DNA of 64,000 bases from Trichoplax adhaerens. Lineage: Eukaryota; Animalia; Placozoa. The notes under the pieces are model-generated. The model did not search any database. It was not told the origin of the DNA and was given only the letters and a program-made list of their open reading frames with translations. How positions within the stretch are numbered: position 1 is the first letter of the stretch; every line of letters starts with the position of its first letter. The stretch covers positions 310,001-374,000 of the forward strand of contig NW_002060978.1 in NCBI RefSeq assembly GCF_000150275.1. The letters are read 5' to 3'. The position numbers and the translations under genes were made by a program. Positions 63,923 through 64,000 of this stretch are shown piece after piece.

Positions 63923-64000
63923 TGTCACAAACCAGCTTCGTGACAAAAATAACGTAAAACAAATCTCTAAATTACTATAGTCTCCGGGATTCAGTATCCC
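63923..64000 (-). mobile_element. Family A LTR 3' end, cut off by the window edge
   Basis: Reverse complement of the last 78 bp of family A (gggatactgaatccc...gaagctggtttgtgaca). Whether it is solo or part of a full element cannot be seen. Confidence 0.85.

Overview
AT-rich eukaryotic (animal) genomic DNA. The compact, intronless-GPCR style suggests an early-branching metazoan such as a placozoan, but that is inference only. The window holds a tandem array of eight single-coding-exon rhodopsin-class (class A) GPCR genes, all on the + strand. Five of them (14.8-45.7 kb) form a distinctive subfamily sharing N-terminal CxxxC, GQ, GxKT, ETPxVxNRC, CN(A/G)DE and ExAH...PPxxNPxCY motifs. Their extracellular cysteines are gained and lost in pairs, which implies an unusual multi-disulfide extracellular cap. 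The first receptor has a lysine at TM7 position 7.43, the opsin retinal-binding position, although its NPxxY motif is degenerate. The intergenic DNA contains about 14 non-coding TG...CA elements, most with 4-5 bp target-site duplications, best read as solo LTRs of about 6 families. They include two LTR-in-LTR nests, a terminal hairpin conserved across families with G.U-compatible changes, and a probable gene-conversion tract. No retroelement coding sequence, RNA gene or CRISPR array was seen. All alignments were done by eye.
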